The notes beneath the pieces were generated by a model. That model saw only the letters and a program-made list of their open reading frames with translations, had not been told where the DNA came from and did not search any database. DNA of 64,000 bases from Lingula anatina (lineage: Eukaryota; Animalia; Brachiopoda), in the NCBI GenBank assembly GCA_051362555.1, contig CM120641.1:32246401-32310400 (forward strand). Reading direction: 5' to 3'. The stretch's first letter is position 1. Every line of letters starts with the position of its first letter. The position numbers and the translations under genes are program-made. Of the stretch, positions 1 to 12,151 are shown piece after piece.

Positions 1-1
1 C

Positions 2-3000
2 CTGGTGACGGACATATCCGAGCCATCACTCCGCGATATTCTTACTCTTCTTCGCTCTAAAGCTATTTTTACAGTAAATGATTATGATACAGTACTCAGT
101 GAACACACACAGTCTGCCAAGGCCGAGAAAATGTTAGATCTACTGACGACCAAGGGTTCAGAGGCTTTGCACGTATTTAAAATTGGTCTTAGGAATGCCA
201 ATCTTCCATTTTTGGCGGACCTTCTCGAAGACGTCGAGGATGAGGATGAACGAGGTACAATAATTATCATACTACATATCATAGTTTCAATATAACAAAA
301 AGCGAGAGAAAGAGAGGGAAAGGGTATCATGTAATATAGGCTACTGTATGAAAGAAGGGGACTGTATAATATAATAATTATATTTAAACTATTAAATTAT
401 ATTTAATTATAATTAAATTATTATGATTGAATTATCTGATTTTGCTGAGGATTTATGTATTATATAATTTTTTACTTCTAGAGAACTCCAAAACTTTCAC
501 TGGTAACAACATTCCTTGGCAGCCGATGCCCGATTATCTCTTTGTGGGTCGGTCAGACGAAATGCTGATACTTGAGCAGAATATGACAGAAAATACAGCT
601 GGCTGTTTGGTGACTATATCGGCCATGGCAGGATGCGGAAAATCATGTCTTGCTGCCCAATATGCTTGGAAACACGACAAGTGGTATAAGGACGGGATAT
701 TTTGGATATATTCAGCCTCGGAAGAAACACTAGAGGAAGAGTTTGCAAAACTTTGTAAGTGGGTCCTGTAAATGTATAAGGCAACTTATACTTTACAAGC
801 TTATAAAAAGTACCCTTGAATTACATATGCACTGAACTGTTTTACTTATTTTTATACTTTTGCTCGTTTCAGATGATGTTATCAAGCAGGGTAAGGGGTT
901 TGCCAAGGAGAAAGAAGACATTAAAAAGAAAAGGATTCAGGAAGTGAAGAAGTGGCTGAACGATAAAACGAAGTGGTTGATGGTTTTCGACAGCGCTGAT
1001 GATGACAGTTTTCTGCGAAGTATTCCTAGAAATTATCTTCCAAAGAAATTCTTCGGTCATGTTATTATCACAACGCGACTTGAAATCGTTCAACTCCGCC
1101 GACTACTTGTGCAGTACAAGGACACGGTGAAGCTAAAGAGGTTAAGCACAGACGATTCCATCACGTTCTTAACCAGATACACGGCCAGAAAAGACCAGTC
1201 CGAGGAGGAGACAGAAGCTATGAAGGATGTCGTGAATAACATAGCAGGAGGGCTTCCCTTAGCCCTTGCTGAAATGGCTGCCTACGTGAATGAAAAAAAC
1301 TACACCTTTAAACAGTACTGGGAAACCTGGAAGAAGCTCAAGGATGATCCGACCCAGTTCAAACGGCTTATGACCCAAGTTGAAGATGACAAAGCAATTT
1401 CAACCGTCTTTAATGCAAGTTTCCGGTACATCGCGGAGAGGTTTCCATCTGGGCATTACGCTCTCCAGACAGCGGCGTTTTGTAACGCTGGTACCAGCAT
1501 CCCCTTGAAACTGTTCATTCTAGGCCAAGATCAGCTTCAAGAGGATATCCCAGAGGAGGAACAATTAAAACGTATGTTAAAAGATTCCGCCGAACAAGAA
1601 ATCAACCTCCGTGAATTGGTGTCAGCAATAAGAAAACATCAGCTGATATCTGTGCAAGACGATGATGATCTCCACAACCTGACCTTTGTTTGGAATCCAT
1701 TTGTTCAAGATCAAATGAGAGAGTCAATGAGTGATGAAAATAAAATGAAGTGCTTGCGCACCCTTACCCGGATGATGACGGCCATATACCAGCATGGGGA
1801 ACACGACCACATGGACGTGCAGACGATGCTTCTCCCTCACGCAAAAGCCTGCGTCGCCTACCTGGAGACTAAGCGCATTGGTCACGATGGCGAAGAAAGT
1901 ACAAATTTTATCAGCTTGCAATTACATATTGGTGCCTGCTATTCCAGAGTGAATAAATTTGAAGACGCCGACAAATGCTTTCAAAAATGCAGAGAGCTTC
2001 TCTCCGATCTCGAGAAGAAAATACCAAATAACCTAGAGGCAGCATTGACTCTTGAACGCGGAATACTCGAGCGAAGAAAGGGTTGTGAAATTCTGGCCAT
2101 AGATTTGCTGGAGTCTAGCTACGGAATGCACAAGCAGCTTGAACAAACCAGTCTCAGGATAAAGTCGGCTACGGCAGAGGCATTAGAAGCATTAATATTT
2201 GCCTATGTGGACTGTGGAAATTTTGTTGAGTTAGAGCGAAAACAGTACGTCGCACAGCTAGAAGACACCTTGAAGACAATATCCGCCAACGACAACATCA
2301 ACTGTAATTTGATAGCACACCTTTACGGAACGCTTGGGCGGTATTATCAAAGTAATCACGCAAAGAAGGATTTTGACCGGGCATTGAAATACTACAACAG
2401 GGCGTGTGACCTGAACAAAGGCTCCTATCGCAAGCCCATATACAACACTTGTGTGGCGGAGCTCATGTTTCTCACGGCGGACCCAAGTGATACGAGAACC
2501 ATCATGGAAGCCAAAGAACGCTGCTTGGAATCCAAAAAGATGTTGGACGAATGGAACGCTCCGAAGCACAGATATCACGCGTGGAATGCGGTCATTCTGG
2601 CTGAAATACAACTGGCACTGGGCTATTTGAAGGCAGCGCTGGAGACCATAAAAGAAGGGGAAGACCTTCACGAGCAGGTCTATGCTGGGAGCTGTAACCT
2701 GGAGCTTGCTAAACACTTCCGCATTAAAGGTATTTTTAGTTAAGTTAGAAAGAGTTAACTAAAGTAAAGGTTTTAATCAAAGTGCCATACAGTATTTTGT
2801 TCAGTTACCACTACACAATTTTTCAGAAAAAATATTTATGTCATATTTTTTTAAATCATTAGCTGCTGTCTTGAAGAAACTATCATAGTAAAGAAAGTGT
2901 TGCTGCCATGTATTGGTTCTTAGTTTAATATCTTTTTCGAAGTCAGACAAGTTTAGATGCATTTTTAAATGCATATGATTAAGAAATATATCATTAAGAA

Positions 3001-3249
3001 AACCATTTGTAAGGGCAGTGTGATTATGATCAAGTGTCAGATTTTGATTAAAAAATTTCTCATATGAACCTACTGTTTTTAGGTCACATATTGAAAACGA
3101 TGGCCAAAGACGCATCTGAAGTTGCAGAATCTATGTACCTGAAGTACAAGTACACAAAGGAAGAAATAGAAGAAGAAGAAACTAGATTGGACAAATTTGT
3201 TCAGAAACGCTCGAAAGTAAATGAGAAGGTCGTGATTGTAGACAAGTAA
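2..3249 (+). CDS. CARD - NB-ARC (STAND ATPase) - TPR protein, NLR/Apaf-like; 5' end outside window. Exons <1-254, 482-754, 873-2729, 3083-3249 (>=849 aa)
   Basis: Three GT-AG introns, all phase 1, join the frames without a stop. Exon 1 has a CARD-like pattern (ILTLL..KAEKMLDLLTTKG..FLADLL). NB-ARC motifs: FVGR, Walker A AMAGCGKS, Walker B WLMVFDSAD, GHVIITTR, GGLPLAL. C-terminal TPR-like helical repeats (LYGTLGRYY..ALKYYNRA). Confidence 0.9.
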
Positions 3250-4559
3250 GAAAGATAAAATAAAAAACGTTTGAAGAGCTAGGCGTGCATATTCCAACCT
3301 AATATTGCACAGTAGGTTGCAAGTTATTTTATAAAAGAGTTTCACACGAAATGAATTTGAGTTTTAAACACATTTTTCAATGCTGTGAACTGCCTATAGA
3401 CATTTGTTATTACTGTTGTTGTTATCGCATCTTAGTCTGAAGTGCATTTCTTAAAAGATACATATAAGTACTGTATATTTATCACATCCAACTAGGTTCA
3501 ATTGAGACAAAGTTACGAATTCAAAGGTAATTTTAAATGATAAATAGAATTAGTAGGGTCAGTTGTGAGTGTGTGTGTATTCTAACCAATATGTTACAAA
3601 TAAAAATGAAAAAGCATTAATGGTAAGTAAAGTTCATTTAAATGTGGCATTTACTGTAGATACATTTACTGTATATAGTGTGTTATCTAGTGGTCGGTGG
3701 AATGGATGGTATCATGTTGTAGAGTAAATAATTGCCCACAAGCTTTAGGGAGAAAATAGTTGAATAGTTTATAAATGATACAGACCTTGAATAAAGTGGA
3801 CAAATAATGTGCATAGAAAATGTTAAGTTGGTAAATAAAGATAGAATAGTACAACAAAGACGTCTGGCCATTTTGTTGGAGAACAACTTTAAAGTTGAAA
3901 AATACTTGGAAATGCTTGTAGAAGTGTTAGCTAAGATAAATGATATGATTTAATACGACTGTTTCATTGCAAAGGTTATTGTTAATGAAATTATGTTTCA
4001 GATAATAAGCAGTGAATAATATGGCTTGCCTGTAAAATAAATTTGCACAGCTAAGACGTTTTGATCAAGGACAAGGCTTTATTTTTATTTTTTTTCTTAT
4101 TTTTTTTATTATTTATTTATTTATTATTTTTTTTTTGTGAAAACGGTGCCAGGAACCATTCAAATTGGTTAGAAAAGCTTGCAGCGGCTTGGCTTGGAGG
4201 CTGGCTGCCTTTTATGCTGTCACAATCTATGTACCTTTGCAAATTTATATAAAATGCGATTTGTAAGCAAATAATTATGAATTTCAGAAAGACAAGAAAG
4301 AGAATTCAAAAAAAGAATAAATGTGGTGCCCATTTTTATCATTTAAAGGTTGAGTTTTGTAAAATGCACAGCGTGCGTCGGACGGCTCACCAAATTGGGG
4401 CATAAGTTAGGTCAGCACCTGTGCTAATTTTTTGGGCACATTTAGGATGAAGAAAGCCAAGATAAGTAGTTACTCCGTACACATATTATTTTTAATGTAG
4501 GTCTACTATTTGTAAAAGAGATAAAAAATACGAGGATTATCTATGCTTACTTCCGGTTT

Positions 4560-5048
4560 GAGAGTTCAACCCTTGTATTATTTTTAAAAGCGATCCATAC
4601 ACAAAGACCAATCTATTTATCTGATCTTATCTATTTTAACTCACCACGGCAGTCCACACGCTTTCATACTGAGAATGACCTTATATTAGAACATTCTGTA
4701 TGAGAGAAGGGGTCTCTCAAAAGTTATGGTGATCGGGCTTTTACAATTTACGCCCCCAAAGGGTGGAATGCGTTACCAAATTCTATTAGAACAGCAGACG
4801 ACTTTGACAGTTTTAAATATCTTCTATAGACCCACATTTTTAAATCTGTGTATTGCTCTTAAATTTTTTTTATATATTTTAATAGGATTGAGTTTTTAGT
4901 AGTATTAATTTTAAATGGTTCTGATGAGTGTTTTAAATTTAAATATTGTAGTAATTTTAATGATTTTAGTTATGTTAACCATTGTAAGGAGCCTTGAGAT
5001 AGTATGTAAGGCGCCATATAAGAAACTTATTATTACTATTATTATTAA
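4560..5048 (+). mobile_element. Degraded 3' end of an L2/CR1-group LINE
   Basis: Translates to YGDRAFTIYAPKGWNALPNSIR..FK.LL*THIF, a typical L2-clade ORF2 C-terminus. It is followed by a TGTAAGG..CTTGAG..AAGGCGCCATATAAG tail and (TAT)n. The left boundary is approximate. Confidence 0.75.
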
Positions 5049-5224
5049 AATCGTTCTTAATTTGCAGCCAACTCTCTTGATAAAAGGCAACCTACATGTA
5101 ATATGTAGTATCGTTTTTATCAATTAAAATATATGCATTTATTGCTTGATTTCAAGCCCTAAAGGACTACTAGGCATTGAGCAGGGAAACCATTCGTGGA
5201 TACTAAAATATCATATGACCAAAG

Positions 5225-5440
5225 CAGAGGCGGATCCAGGTTTATTTGAAGGGGGGTCCGTTTTTTTTTTTTTTAGGAACGACAGGCCTCGGATGTGAAG
5301 CCGACCCTCGCCCCCTCCTCCACCCCCTTGACGTGGGGTTCGGGGCCCGCTGAAGGGCACCGTAAAATTTTAGTATTTTAGAGGGCGAACGGTGCCATTT
5401 GCTATGGTCTAGAAATATGATTAAGCTAGTCAAAATTCTA
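5225..5440. mobile_element. Partial MITE of the CAG(A/G)GGCGGATCCAG family
   Basis: Terminus and internal sequence resemble the copies at 13261-13540 and 61112-61348. No second TIR is seen. Confidence 0.6.
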
Positions 5441-5830
5441 ATATCAAGAGAGGAGTATTGGTATCGGTATTGGTATTTTTATAGCCCGCGCTCCGACTGC
5501 CTTGGGCAGCTGTATTTTGAATTAAGCCATTGATGTTGTGATTTTGTCATGTAAACCAAATATTGGTCTTCAAAATGGAAGATAGACTGCCTTGTATGAA
5601 TAAAATTAACAAACCTAGGCGGGACTAGTCTCTATAGTAGCCAGCGTATGGAGTATTGCTCTCTACAAAAATTGCCCCGTTCATGAGAAGACGCGTTACT
5701 GTCTACCATTAAAAGACCCAGTTCAGTAGAAAATGGAACGACTTTTTATATCAACCCTGTATCAATTTCTGGTTCCCCATCGAGTAAATTCTGAATCATT
5801 TTTACGTATATAGAGATTAAAATAGATTAA

Positions 5831-8150
5831 AACTAGAGGATCAGAGAGGCTATACCGCCTCCGAATATTGTACCACCAGCTGGAGTAAGCGCATTCATAT
5901 AGACTCCCCCACACACAAAAAAAGGGACACCACCACCAGTCTTGTGCTTGACAAGCTGTAAAAATGCAATCAACAAGAATTTTCAAAATATGCAAAAAAT
6001 ATGTATAACTAAAAATGGTACAATCAAAGTTTAGTTCATCGTAAGGTAGGTCAAAGGTCAATTTCAAGGTCACAGTAAATTGCCAGTATATGACTTCCTA
6101 TTCAACTTCAATAGTAACTATGGACCTATCTCTGCCAGGTTTGGAGTTAAAAGAGAAAGAAATTAGCAGAGTTCAGTTCATGATAAAAAGTAGTTCAAAG
6201 GTCAACTTCAAGGTCACACTTAGATTGCCAGTATATGACTTCCTATTCAAGTTCAATAGTAACTATGGACCTATCTCTGCCAGTTTTGGAGATAAAAGGG
6301 AACCAAAATTTGCAAAGTTCAATTCATGATAAAAAGTAGGTCAAAGGTCAATTTCAAGGTCACATTTAGATTGCCAGTATATGACTTCCCATTCAAGTTC
6401 AATAGTAACTATGGACCTATCTCTGCCGGTTTTGGAGATAAAAGGGAACCAAAATTTGCAAAGTTCAGGTCATGGTGAAAAGTAGGTCAAAGGTCAATTT
6501 TAAGGTCACAGTAAATTGCCTCTAATGACTTTCTATTCAAATTCAATAGTAACTATGGGCATATCTTTGCCAGTTTTGAAAGTGTAAGCATAACAAAAGT
6601 TGCAAAGTTTAGTTTATGGTGTAAAGTAGGTCAAAGGTCAATTTCAAGGTCACTGTAAGATTACCAGTATATGACTTTCCATTCAAGTTCAATAGTAACT
6701 ATGGACCTATCTCTGCCAGTTTTGGAGATAAAAGGGAACCAAAATTTGCAAAGTTCAGTTTATGGTGTAAAGTAGGTCAAAGGTCAATTTCAAGGTCACA
6801 TTTAGATTGCCAGTATATGACTTCCCATTCAAGTTCAATAGTAACTATGGACCTATCTCTGCCAGTTTTGGAGATAAAAGGGAACCAAAATTTGCAAAGT
6901 TCAGTTTATGGTGTAAAGTAGGTCAAAGGTCAATTTCAAGGTCACATTTAGATTGCCAGTATATGACTTCCTATTCAAGTTCAATGGTAACTATGGACCT
7001 ATCTCTGCCAGTTTTGGAGATAAAAGGGAACCAAAATTTGCAAAGTTCAATTCATGATGAAAAGTAGGTCAAATGTCAATTTCAAGGTCACATATAGATT
7101 GCCAGTATATGACTTCCTATTCAACTTCAATAGTAACTATGGACCTATCTCTGCCAGTTTTGGAGATATAAGGGACTAAATGTTATAATTTTGGAGTTAC
7201 AATAATGTGCCATAAATTTCCTACAGAAAAAATTTATTAAAATAAAGAAAAGGTCATTTTGGTCAAAATTCTTGAAATGGGAGGTGCTCTGTAGTTCCAG
7301 ATGTTCAAATTTGATGAAATAATGTCATTTTTGACCACAAGTTGTCTGCCTCGCCAATCCTTATGTTTTATTTTTCGGGGGTTCAAAATTTATTATCCAT
7401 TACCGTACTGCACATTTTGCTTTCACCACCAATATGTACTTTTCGATACAGCGTAACTCGAAAACCGTATGGAATACAAAAAAAAACGGAGACCACTTTC
7501 ACTGTTGGGCTTTACATGCTCTACAAAATGCAAAAAAGAATGGGTCTCTAGCGTTAACGGTTCCCGAATTAGAGACAGTTTTCAGTTTCGGTATCTTATG
7601 GCCGCTTCTCCCGTGAAAATGCACTGATTGACCCCAAATTCACGGCGATGAAAGATGACCCGAAGGGTAACACTTTCCAATAATATTATTGGTTAAGTCT
7701 GTGTGGTGTCTGAATAACAGCGCAAATAATTTTTTTTTCGTAAAAAATTTCGTTTTTTTGAAAATTTTGGCCCGTTTGACCTTGAAATAAAGGTCAAAGG
7801 TCAAATCCAAGGGCATATTTGAAATCTACACATATGACTTTTGGAAAGCTGTCTGTAGAAATTTTTCCCAAAATTCCCTCCGTAGGGTAGATAATTAGCA
7901 TTTAATTTTGCCATTTTTGGACAAGGGTGCATTGCAATGAGTGCCACACCTAGACCCCAATACCGACAAAGCCCAAATTTTACGTGGAACGAGTTGAGAT
8001 TATAGGTGACCTAAATCCAAGAGATGGGTATGGAGGCCCTTACCGTCTAGGAGGAGAAGCGGTAACAGTAATCTGTAGGCGGAGCCGGCGGAACGATCTG
8101 GACGGGACTAAAACCATGTGTACCGCCAGCGCTAACGCTGGTGGTACAAT
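5831..8150 (-). mobile_element. Non-autonomous Helentron-type element (HINE/DINE-1-like) carrying a 146-bp satellite array
   Basis: Starts AACTAGAG..TATACCGCC and ends with the hairpin TACCGCCAGCG-CTAA-CGCTGGTGGTA next to an A-rich site. Subterminal inverted repeats and an internal tandem array are present; no TSD. The same end recurs at ~30480-30538. Confidence 0.7.
6025..7175. repeat. Tandem array, ~8 units of 144-146 bp
   Basis: AGGTCAAAGGTCA-type motif recurs at 6048, 6192, 6338, 6484, 6628, 6774, 6920 and 7066. Confidence 0.95.
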
Positions 8151-8651
8151 AAATGAAGAGAGGGAGAGAAAGAGAGAGAGAGAGGTTGAACAATAAGCAT
8201 TTCGGTACTGAGTTTACTTGTGAATGACCCTTAAATCGGGGCTTAAGTAAGCTCAGTATCTGTGGGTATTTCTAAGGGCAAATTTGGGACAAAGGAAGCC
8301 AAGATGAGAAGATGCCTCGTACTCAATTTTTTGAGTGCACTTCTTTTGTTTACGTACTAAAAAAGAGGAATGTCAAGATTTGCCTACCGCCCCCGGTTCC
8401 TCTGTTTAAACCTCTTTGACTTATCTGCTGACAAACCGACTTTTCTCGACCTGAGCTCAAAACTACGGAAGATTTTTACCTACCCGGTAATCTGGGTTAT
8501 AGAAACAAGTTAAAGATGTTTCTCTATGATAGATTAGTTTAAAAAATTACCGAGAGAAAAAAGCTTCAATTTTAGTGCCACTTGCGGTATGAAATATTCA
8601 TATACTGCACGTAGAATGTTAACTGCAAAAAGCATGCCAGGAAATCTATTA

Positions 8652-9097
8652 GGCCACACTTTTTTATTTTTATGGATGACATCCTCTGGGGACCCCAAAA
8701 TCGGTGTGAGCGGGCGAAAAAAAAAAAAAAACAGTCCAAAAAAAAAATGCTTAAGAAAAGTTATGTTTTCAGAACACAGCTGGAAACACTAATTTACCAC
8801 AGAAACACGTATCAAACTAACAACATGTCTTTATCCATGCTCTCAAAATATTAAAGCATTGTGAATATGGCCTACTTCGTAGAAAGGTAAAAAGTCATGA
8901 ATATATATGCTGCATATTACCAAATCTATTTTAGGTTATTTCATGCATTCTGTTGGTATAACAATCAATAAAACAAATATCAAATAAACAGCGTGTCTTT
9001 ATTTGTACTCGCAGAAAATTAAAGCATTGTAAACACTTCACAGAATTGTTAAAAAAATGAAGCAAAGATAGGCCTATCCTTCCTACTACCAAATCTA
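8652..9097 (+). mobile_element. Left end of a non-autonomous DNA transposon (TTA|GGCCACAC.. terminus; Zator-like, tentative)
   Basis: ~440 bp nearly identical to 59331-59790. Both start TTA|GGCCACACTTTTTTATTTTTATGGATGACATCC. A TWA target site with a GG terminus fits Zator (Harbinger is also TWA). Confidence 0.7.
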
Positions 9098-9520
9098 AAA
9101 AAAGTAATTTCGGTCGATGCCATTTGGCTTCTTCGACTTACACGTAGCAGCCAACTATCGGGTGGCCTGTCCGACCTTCAGTCCACCAAATACCACGACG
9201 CTCTTGTCGACCCTTTTTTCGCTACAAAAAAACCTGAGGGATTAGATTGCTTTCTCTCCTCTGCATTATCTTAGCTTATTATTATTTTTACTCTGACGTA
9301 ATTTCACAATGTCAACAATTTTGGCTTAGATCTAATCTAATCTAACAACGATCGAATCACAGTGAAAGCAATATTGGAAAATTTTATCTGCAACGTTACT
9401 TTCAAATGTGTCGTCGATGCAACGTAACGAATTATTATGTTATGTTGATGCGCTACATAATGATTCGTTACGTTGCATTCACGACGTTTGGCATTTATGT
9501 CGTTGGCTAGTTGCCAAATG

Positions 9521-9830
9521 CTGACGTCAGTTGGTGACGTTTTTGGCACATTGCCAGTATTTTTGTTTTGGCAACAGACCTAAGCACGTCATTTTTCAAT
9601 AATTTTGAAACTCGGAGGAACATGGAATCCACTATTGAATTGATGGTCAGAATAGCGATTTTAACTCAACAAAATTAATTCTATTGTCTTACCTATTTTT
9701 CATTAGGTGAATATATACGAAATTGAAAGTAAATCTAAACACTACTTTGTTTTTCGGATATCGTCAAGGCAACTGACAGATCATTACGCCATAGTATATA
9801 AAGCGAGCACGCTTCGCGAGCGACAGTTGA
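9521..9830 (+). promoter_or_regulatory. Pol II core promoter: CRE palindrome, TATA box and Inr
   Basis: CTGACGTCAG at 9521-9530; TATATAAA at 9795-9802; ACAGTT Inr-like motif ~30 nt downstream. A non-coding exon ends at the donor TTG|GTGAGT (9960/9961). Confidence 0.65.
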
Positions 9831-10138
9831 CAACGAGCTTGCACAGTGAGCAGACTTTACGTCACTTCACAGCGAATTTCTCAGCATTTTCAACTGTCAG
9901 TAGCCCCAGGCTTTCACCCTTTCTACATTATTTTGCCACTGTATCTTGAAAAAGATATTGGTGAGTCATTCTGCATATTATGTATTCAAATTTGCAATTT
10001 TAATAAATCTTTTTTTTTTTAGATTTTTGGCATTTCATTTTTGAAAACTTTTATCTATCGAAAACACTTTTGTGGAATTATGCATTAAATTTACTTTTGT
10101 ATGTTTAATTATTCGTTTTCCCATTTTTATTAATTAAT

Positions 10139-10177
<39 letters not shown>

Positions 10178-10387
10178 TTTGTGTGAAACAATATATTTTC
10201 TTTTCAAAGAAAGTTGCCGTAGTTCGGCCACGTTTCTAAAGATTTTTTTTTGCTGAGAACTTAATAAAAATTCCTACAATTATCCCCATGCTACACCTCA
10301 GATGCATGCTTCTGTACACTGACTATGACTTAAAATTCTACACACACCCAGTTATGTACAACAAAAATAATTTTGCTCCTTTCAGAC

Positions 10388-11038
10388 ATGTGTAGTACAA
10401 CTGTATCCACACGTAGTGGAGTCCACTACCACGCATATTATTGCCCATGTGGATGTGGTGGCATCTTTAGAACTAAAACTAAGGTACCAAATACAGTGTT
10501 AGCCACTATGGCTTCAACTCTGTTTACCTTTGCCATGAATACACTTAAGAATGTCTTTGGAAGCACCACTTTTAAGTCTAGAATCCCTATAGCAGTTAAC
10601 GGGTGCCTCCGTTCTACTGAGAGGGCACACTGCCCAGCGGTTGTAATCCAAAGAATACCTAAACCTAGTCGTATTCCTGTTGCTACTAAAGCTTTGTATG
10701 GTGGTGGTGAGGGGAGAAACGATAGGGGGGAAATTATTGTGGCTGATCCTCTGTGGAGGATGAGGGGTAGGCGTGCTCGTAAAACACCTATGCCTAGATC
10801 TCTTCTGCGTTCTCCTTGGCACCTTATCAGCTCTAGGCACACTTCCAGAAGTGTTGCCGATGCTTTGAGGAAGACACAACTACATGGTCGCTCTAAGTTT
10901 TGTGGTGATGAGTTTACTCCTTGTAGTCGCAATGTAAGAGTTAAAAACAACGCATTGGTATCAGAAGTGATACGCACTTCTACAAGGCGTTCATCGTTAA
11001 CTGGCTCTGTATTGAGAATGTTCTGTTTGGGGTGGTAG
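10388..11038 (+). CDS. Orphan basic 216-aa protein (Cys/His-rich N-terminus, two SRIP motifs)
   Basis: ATG lies 2 nt after the acceptor TTTCAG (10385). Upstream TATA and 5'UTR exon; AATAAA at 11987 and ~12054. No family recognised. Confidence 0.55.
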   Translation: MCSTTVSTRSGVHYHAYYCPCGCGGIFRTKTKVPNTVLATMASTLFTFAMNTLKNVFGSTTFKSRIPIAVNGCLRSTERAHCPAVVIQRIPKPSRIPVATKALYGGGEGRNDRGEIIVADPLWRMRGRRARKTPMPRSLLRSPWHLISSRHTSRSVADALRKTQLHGRSKFCGDEFTPCSRNVRVKNNALVSEVIRTSTRRSSLTGSVLRMFCLGW

Positions 11039-11525
11039 CTCAGTACTTGTGCCCCTGGTTGTATATATTTCATATTGTTTATGATATGGCATTCAGTTCT
11101 TCAGATAGCATCTGCAAATTTTCATTGTTAATTTTAATAGTTTTTGCATTCTATACAGAAGTATTTCTTACAACCTTTTTACAACCTGATTTACATTGAA
11201 TAGCACTTGCTTTGTAAGCACTATGATGACTGTGTGGAAGATGCTAAGTTTTAGATAATGTCAAATTAATTAATTTATTATTTAATTCGATTTGGACACT
11301 TTGTGTGGAAATTTCAACTATTTTAATTATAAAGGTAAAAATAACATGAATTTAACAAATTTAAACCAAATTTATCTGCATTAGGCCTATATTTATTTTG
11401 GATGAAATCTATAAAACCTCTTTTTTCATATAGTTAATAGTTTTCATGCATGAAATCAATACATAGAAATGTTTCTGTTTCATCAAGGCAATCTTTATTG
11501 ATAATAATTTTTGCAGTATTTATTT

Positions 11526-11784
11526 TATAACTGGTTGTCATTGACTACATACTCATTAGAATATCTCTGAGGAGGATCATGTTCTTGTTGGTGCTGGCCA
11601 CACTGACAGGAACATTTGGAAAGTTCATGATCAACCCTTATTGATTTTGGCCAAATCTGTAAGGACATTGGTCATGATCTTTTCACCATAGCATGTGTTT
11701 GTGTTGATATAGGGCCCCATCAACACCAACACTGCTATGTTCCTCTGGAAGTGTGAGTATGTAGGTCTATCATAACCAGTTATA
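11526..11784 (+). other. ~260-nt imperfect fold-back (long hairpin) in the putative 3' UTR
   Basis: TATAACTGGTT/AACCAGTTATA and CTACATACTCA/TGAGTATGTAG are perfect 11-bp pairs. TGTTGGTG/CACCAACA pairs further in. An inner ~30-bp stem with G-U pairs closes a TGGCC loop. Confidence 0.8.
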
Positions 11785-12097
11785 TCATTTACTCTGAAAA
11801 AAATAGGAGAAAACTAATCAATATTTGAAGGATAAGATTCTTTCTAAAAGTTTATTTTTTAAAATCTTACTTTGCCATGACAGGGTTATATGCTCTATTT
11901 TAAGTATACTTCTAAATTTTGTCGTTTTCTGATGTATCTTCCACGCAGTCATTCCCTTTCAACTTGTACATATATGCAGTCGTGTTAATAAAAAATATTA
12001 CATTTAAACATAAGTACTTGTCAATTTTGATGTAAAATCATATTCAAATAAGAAATAAAAAACTTTTTTATCCACTACATCTTGTAGTTGTGGTTTG

Positions 12098-12098
<1 letters not shown>

Positions 12099-12149
<51 letters not shown>
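12099..12149. repeat. (CT)n microsatellite
   Basis: About 25 uninterrupted CT units. Confidence 0.95.

Positions 12150-12151
<2 letters not shown>

Noticed and set aside
6090-7067. ORFs within the 146-bp array
   Set aside because: Satellite translations with no protein signature.
10438-11073. 211-aa antisense ORF opposite the orphan gene
   Set aside because: Promoter, splice acceptor and polyA signals all support the + strand; no motif is recognised in the antisense product.
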